Shown in pieces: positions 35,910 through 39,868 of a stretch of DNA of 39,868 nucleotides. The stretch is from Patescibacteria group bacterium (GTDB lineage Bacteria > Patescibacteriota > Patescibacteriia > UBA9570 > JAHJKD01): NCBI GenBank assembly GCA_043821615.1, contig JBDRCS010000011.1, forward strand, positions 1 through 39,868, written 5' to 3'. Position 1 is the stretch's first letter; each line of letters starts with the position of its first letter. Position numbers and translations under genes: made by a program. A model generated the notes under the pieces. It had not been told where the DNA came from. It ran no database searches and worked only from the letters and a program-made list of their open reading frames with translations.

Positions 35910-36314
35910 ATGTATTTAATAATCGAAAATTCATATAATGATAAGTCTGTTGTTGCCCTGGGAGAAGGGGATAAGATCATAAAGAAATTGGAAAAAAAAA
36001 GAAGCTTTAAAGAATCGGAAAATTTGCTTGAATTAATCCATGAATTATTATCCGGTAAAAAAATAAAACCCAAAGATTTGGAAGGCATTATCGTCATCAC
36101 CGGCCCGGGGTCATTTACAGCCCTAAGGATCGCCTGCGTCATTGCCAATACTTTTGCCTACGTAGAAAAAGTGCCTCTTTTTGGATTCAAGAAAACAGAG
36201 TATAATAAACTAGAAGACTTACTAAAAAAGACGGCAAAGAAAAAAGGTGAAAATCATCTGGAGCCGTTTTATAATAAAAAACCAAATATCTCAAAACCCA
36301 AAAAGAAAAAATGA
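35910..36314 (+). CDS. tsaB: t6A biosynthesis protein TsaB (short form)
   Basis: SENLL, GPGSFTALRI, terminal EPFYNKKPNI. Confidence 0.88.
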   Translation: MYLIIENSYNDKSVVALGEGDKIIKKLEKKRSFKESENLLELIHELLSGKKIKPKDLEGIIVITGPGSFTALRIACVIANTFAYVEKVPLFGFKKTEYNKLEDLLKKTAKKKGENHLEPFYNKKPNISKPKKKK

Positions 36315-37630
36315 CCTTCGAACAAAAAATTCAAAAAAGTCAGTTATCCCGCTTTGTTATAAAAAGTCGGTGGTGGGTATTTGCCGCCATTGCTTTAACC
36401 GGGGTTATTCATAAAGTTCTCGGGGGTACGGAATTTTCCACATTTAATATCATTCTACTATTAAGCATCGGTTACTTTTTTAATTTAATCTATTTCTTGG
36501 TCCTTAGAAGGAATCCCCGAAATATTTCCAGTCAAATGGTTAATTTTTTGTGCGTCTTTCAGATAATTGTTGATTTGATATTATATACAATCGTAATTTA
36601 TATGACTGGCGGAGTAGAAAGCCTTGCCTTCCTGTTTTATTTCTTTGCTATTTTTATGGGCCTGATTATTCTCCGGGAAAAGCAAATCATTGGCATTACT
36701 CTGATTGCCTTACTAATGTATATAAGTATTATTGTTCTTGAATACGCGCAAATAATTCCGCATATTCCATACTTTCCGGACGGTAAGGGCTATTATTTGG
36801 ATCTTAACATTACTCTTAATAACACCATTACGGTTACCTTGGCTTTTCTCTCCAGCGCATTTTTTGTTTCCATTCTCTCCCAGCAAATCAGGAAAAGGGA
36901 AGAAGAGCTTATGCGGGAAAGAGACAGAGTCAAAGATCTTTCTGAAATCAAGGAAGAGTTCATTTCCGTGGCTGCCCATCAGATCCGCTCCCCATTAAAT
37001 TCCCTGAAGTGGTTGTTCCGTTCTTTATTAGAGGGCGATGTCGGCAAAATAAATAAAAAACAGGAACATTTTCTGGAAGAGGGGCGTGACCGGACCGACA
37101 AACTGATCCATGTATTAAATGATCTTTTAGATGTTTCCAAATTTGAACGCGGCGGCTTTGCTGAAATTAAAACCAAAGTGGATATTAGCAATTTAGTTTA
37201 TGAGGTCCTGGATCAATATTTTCCTAATGCCAAAGAAAAAGACATTGATCTCCAATTTAATTATAAAATAAGGGTTCCTGAATTTAAGGTTGATAAGGAA
37301 AAAATAAAAATGGTAATAGAAAATTTAGTGGATAATGCCATTAAATATAATAAAGACGGGGGAGTAGTGGAAATTGGCTTAAAGCGCTTGAATGATTCCA
37401 TTGTTCTTTCCGTTAAAGATAATGGCATTGGCATCCCTAAATCAGAAGAGAAAAAGATATTTTCAAAATTCTTCCGCAGTAAAAACGCCAAATTAGTTGA
37501 AGTTACCGGTTCTGGCCTGGGTTTATATATCAGCAAAGAGATAGTTGATGCCCATCAGGGCAAAATCTGGTTTAAAACCAGCGAAAATAATGGCACCACT
37601 TTCTTTGTGGAGCTTCCTATTATGGAATAA
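36311..37630 (+). CDS. Membrane sensor histidine kinase (no adjacent response regulator)
   Basis: ~6 TMs; AAHQIRSPL H-box, NLVDNAIKY, DNGIGI, GSGLGL. Confidence 0.95.
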   Translation: MTFEQKIQKSQLSRFVIKSRWWVFAAIALTGVIHKVLGGTEFSTFNIILLLSIGYFFNLIYFLVLRRNPRNISSQMVNFLCVFQIIVDLILYTIVIYMTGGVESLAFLFYFFAIFMGLIILREKQIIGITLIALLMYISIIVLEYAQIIPHIPYFPDGKGYYLDLNITLNNTITVTLAFLSSAFFVSILSQQIRKREEELMRERDRVKDLSEIKEEFISVAAHQIRSPLNSLKWLFRSLLEGDVGKINKKQEHFLEEGRDRTDKLIHVLNDLLDVSKFERGGFAEIKTKVDISNLVYEVLDQYFPNAKEKDIDLQFNYKIRVPEFKVDKEKIKMVIENLVDNAIKYNKDGGVVEIGLKRLNDSIVLSVKDNGIGIPKSEEKKIFSKFFRSKNAKLVEVTGSGLGLYISKEIVDAHQGKIWFKTSENNGTTFFVELPIME

Positions 37631-37702
37631 ATTGACATCAATTTATTACTATTATAAAATTATTATCCAACACCCAAATTAATTATTAAAAATTTGGGAT
37701 TT

Positions 37703-38107
37703 ATGAACAAAAAAGACTTAAAACAAATCAAGGGAGTTATTGATGATTCAATTGCAGTCAATAACAAACAAATCAAAGAGGTTATTGATGATTCAATTGC
37801 CAGCAATAATGATGTCTTAAAAAAGGATTTAAGGCTGGAATTCGGTGAAATTATTGAAAACCAAATTAATCCTCAATTTGAGGCCATTGATAATCGTTTT
37901 GAAGATATGGACAAACGATTTGATAGGCTTGAAAAAAGAATGGATACGCATGAAAACAGGACAGTAAGAGATAGAGGTGATTTAACTGTTTGTGTAAAGA
38001 AAGGTGATAAAAAAATCAATAAATTATCAAAATTACTACATCGCAAGAAAATTTTATCTGATAGTGAGTTAAAACAATTAGAAAATTATAAGGTTTATAC
38101 CGGTTAA
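37703..38107 (+). CDS. Coiled-coil hypothetical protein with internal 45-bp duplication
   Basis: KQIK(G/E)VIDDSIA twice (37721-37755, 37766-37800); IDNRFEDMDKRFDRLEKR heptads. Confidence 0.7.
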   Translation: MNKKDLKQIKGVIDDSIAVNNKQIKEVIDDSIASNNDVLKKDLRLEFGEIIENQINPQFEAIDNRFEDMDKRFDRLEKRMDTHENRTVRDRGDLTVCVKKGDKKINKLSKLLHRKKILSDSELKQLENYKVYTG

Positions 38108-38133
38108 TTAAGTTTTCCACAATTTTGACAAAG

Positions 38134-38159
38134 TACCCCTTAATATGGGGTATTTTTTT
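38134..38159 (+). terminator. Intrinsic terminator
   Basis: TACCCC-ttaatat-GGGGTA followed by T7. Confidence 0.7.
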
Positions 38160-38163
38160 GGTT

Positions 38164-38254
38164 AAAGTGGTTGCATGTTATTGCAAAGTGGTGTATAATG
38201 GATTAAAAGGGTTAAAAAGTGGATAAAAGTGGGGATAACCCACCCCAAAAGTGG
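38164..38254 (+). promoter_or_regulatory. mraZ promoter with MraZ-binding repeats
   Basis: AAAGTGG at 38164, 38185, 38216, 38226, 38248 plus degenerate copies at 38195 and 38205 (~10-bp phasing); TTGCAT(38171)-17-TATAAT(38194). Confidence 0.85.
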
Positions 38255-38265
38255 ATAACAAATAT

Positions 38266-38697
38266 ATGTTTATAGGCGAATATTCGCACAATTTAGATGA
38301 AAAAGGCCGATTAGCTATTCCTATCAAGTATAGGGATGATTTAGCTAAGGGGGCTGTTGTCACTAGGGGACTTGATAATTGTTTATTCCTCTATCCTAAG
38401 GAAGAATGGGAGAAATTAGCTCAAAAACTGGCGAATTTATCCATATCAAAGAAAAATACCAGGGCTTTTGCCAGATTAATGCTGGCCGGAGCCATGGATG
38501 TAGAGCTGGATAAACAGGGCAGAATAGTAGTGCCGGAATACCTGAGAATTTTTGCCGGCATGAAAAAGAAGCTGGTTGTTACCGGGCTCATGAATCGCAT
38601 GGAAATCTGGGACGAAAGCAAATGGAACACCTATAAAAAATCCACTGAAGCAGACAGCACGGATATAGCGGAAACACTAGATGAATTAGATGTCTAA
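38266..38697 (+). CDS. mraZ: Division/cell-wall cluster transcriptional repressor MraZ
   Basis: MFIGEY, LDEKGR.AIP, TRGLDNCL, LDKQGRI, MEIWD. Confidence 0.97.
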   Translation: MFIGEYSHNLDEKGRLAIPIKYRDDLAKGAVVTRGLDNCLFLYPKEEWEKLAQKLANLSISKKNTRAFARLMLAGAMDVELDKQGRIVVPEYLRIFAGMKKKLVVTGLMNRMEIWDESKWNTYKKSTEADSTDIAETLDELDV

Positions 38698-39628
38698 AGA
38701 ACATATTCCGGTTCTTTTACAGGAGGCAATAGAAGGTCTAAATCCTAAGCCTAACGAGAATTTCATTGATTGCACCGTGGGTTTGGGCGGACATAGTGGG
38801 GAGATACTTAGGAGGATCTCTCCACAAGGACAATTAATAGGTTTTGATAAGGATCCTAAAGCAATCAAGCTGGCGGAGAATAATTTAAAGGAGTTTAAAG
38901 GCAGATTTAATTTAATAAACGACAATTTCAAAAACATAAACAAATATGAACACTCAGCATTATCTAAAATTAACGGTATTTTATGTGACCTTGGGATATC
39001 TAGCCTTCAAATCTCAGGTGGTGACCCACGTGGCTTCTCCTTTAAGGAACCTGAAGGATTTCTGGACATGAGAATGGACCCAAGAAGTCCGCAAACTGCC
39101 GCCGATATCTTGAACCACTATTCCGAAAATGAATTAATAAGAATATTTAAAGAGTACGGAGAAGAAAGATACTCCAAACAAATTGCTTGTCGTGTCGTAA
39201 AAAATAGAAAACAAAAAAAGTTTAAAAATGTCAGTGATCTTTTACAAGTAATAGACGAGGTTTATAAAAATAAGCCCAAGCCAAAAAAAATCAATCCGGC
39301 CACTAAAACTTTCCAAGCCCTTAGAATAGAAGTAAATCAGGAATTACACGACCTCATTGATTTTTTACCAAAAGCTCTTGATTACTTGTCTCCCGGGGGG
39401 AGGCTGGTCATTATCTCCTTCCATTCCCTGGAAGACAGGATAATCAAGCATTTTTTCAAACAAGAAAGCATTGATTGCCATTGTCCCAAAGAATTCCCCC
39501 AATGCGTATGCGGACACAAGAAAAAAATAAAAATTATAACTAAAAAACCAATCACGCCCGGCCAAGAGGAGATGGAAGAAAATCCTCGGGCACGGTCAGC
39601 CAAATTAAGAATTGCTGAAAAAATATAA
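38690..39628 (+). CDS. rsmH: 16S rRNA m4C1402 methyltransferase RsmH
   Basis: HIPVLL, DCTVGLGGHS, DLGISS, LDMRMD, FQALRIEVN, SFHSLEDR, NPRARSAKLR. Confidence 0.98.
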   Translation: MSKEHIPVLLQEAIEGLNPKPNENFIDCTVGLGGHSGEILRRISPQGQLIGFDKDPKAIKLAENNLKEFKGRFNLINDNFKNINKYEHSALSKINGILCDLGISSLQISGGDPRGFSFKEPEGFLDMRMDPRSPQTAADILNHYSENELIRIFKEYGEERYSKQIACRVVKNRKQKKFKNVSDLLQVIDEVYKNKPKPKKINPATKTFQALRIEVNQELHDLIDFLPKALDYLSPGGRLVIISFHSLEDRIIKHFFKQESIDCHCPKEFPQCVCGHKKKIKIITKKPITPGQEEMEENPRARSAKLRIAEKI

Positions 39629-39631
39629 ATT

Positions 39632-39868
39632 ATGTCAAAATTCTTTCTCTTTTCCAGACACAATCGCAAAAAACACACTCATGTAAAGAAGCAGGGGAAA
39701 GTTATTATATTTGCCCTTAATTTTAAAAATATAAATTATATAATTGTTGCCCTCGTAATAGTGCTGGGATCGGTTTATATCGGCATTGTAAATAGCACGG
39801 CTGACAAGGGCTTTGAAGTGGATGAAATGCAGAATAGGATTGCGGAACTAAAAAAAGAAAATAAAACT
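39632..39868 (+). CDS. FtsL-like cell division protein, truncated at window end
   Basis: ATG right after rsmH; basic N-terminus, one TM (YIIVALVIVLGSVYIGIV), then a coiled coil (MQNRIAELKKENK). Confidence 0.7.
   Translation, partial: MSKFFLFSRHNRKKHTHVKKQGKVIIFALNFKNINYIIVALVIVLGSVYIGIVNSTADKGFEVDEMQNRIAELKKENKT

Noticed and set aside
38113-38258. DnaA-box-like sequences (AGTGGATAA twice, TTTTCCACA) suggesting oriC
   Set aside because: Only 8/9 matches, and two coincide with the phased AAAGTGG MraZ repeats; no dnaA/dnaN nearby.
1-39868. CRISPR array or a second VR
   Set aside because: No regularly spaced repeat-spacer series seen, and I found no further copy of the TR 3' end by eye. Remote targets outside the window remain possible.
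1-39868. Alternative genetic code (TGA recoded, as in Gracilibacteria/Absconditabacteria)
   Set aside because: All conserved genes are full length under the standard code with no in-frame TGA interruptions.

Overview
AT-rich bacterial chromosomal window; gene content and style suggest a Patescibacteria/CPR (Parcubacteria-like) genome, which is an inference. Housekeeping blocks: a CIRCE-controlled hrcA-grpE-hsp20-dnaK-(2 inserted genes)-dnaJ operon, cysS, corA, a VirD4/TraD-like ATPase, dnaX, tRNA-Gln, tRNA-Pro, transporters, a macrodomain protein, MscS, a presenilin-like protease, tsaB, a histidine kinase and the start of the dcw cluster (mraZ-rsmH-ftsL-like). The main accessory feature is a complete diversity-generating retroelement (DGR) at ~17.7-20.45 kb. 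Its GC-rich target gene has a 139-bp variable region (18378-18516) that differs from a template repeat (18929-19067) at 13 positions, all of them template adenines. The Avd-like gene is on the opposite strand, overlaps the template repeat and abuts the reverse transcriptase start with no gap. Elements missing from the ORF track: a SAM-I riboswitch with terminator leading into a 39-aa ORF upstream of an ATP-grasp/KamA pair, a stand-alone 17-aa Cys/Gly micropeptide unit, a ~310-nt highly base-paired intergenic RNA candidate, a 28-aa hydrophobic ORF, several apparently leaderless genes and many REP-like palindromes. All alignments, pairings and counts were done by eye; no database searches were run.
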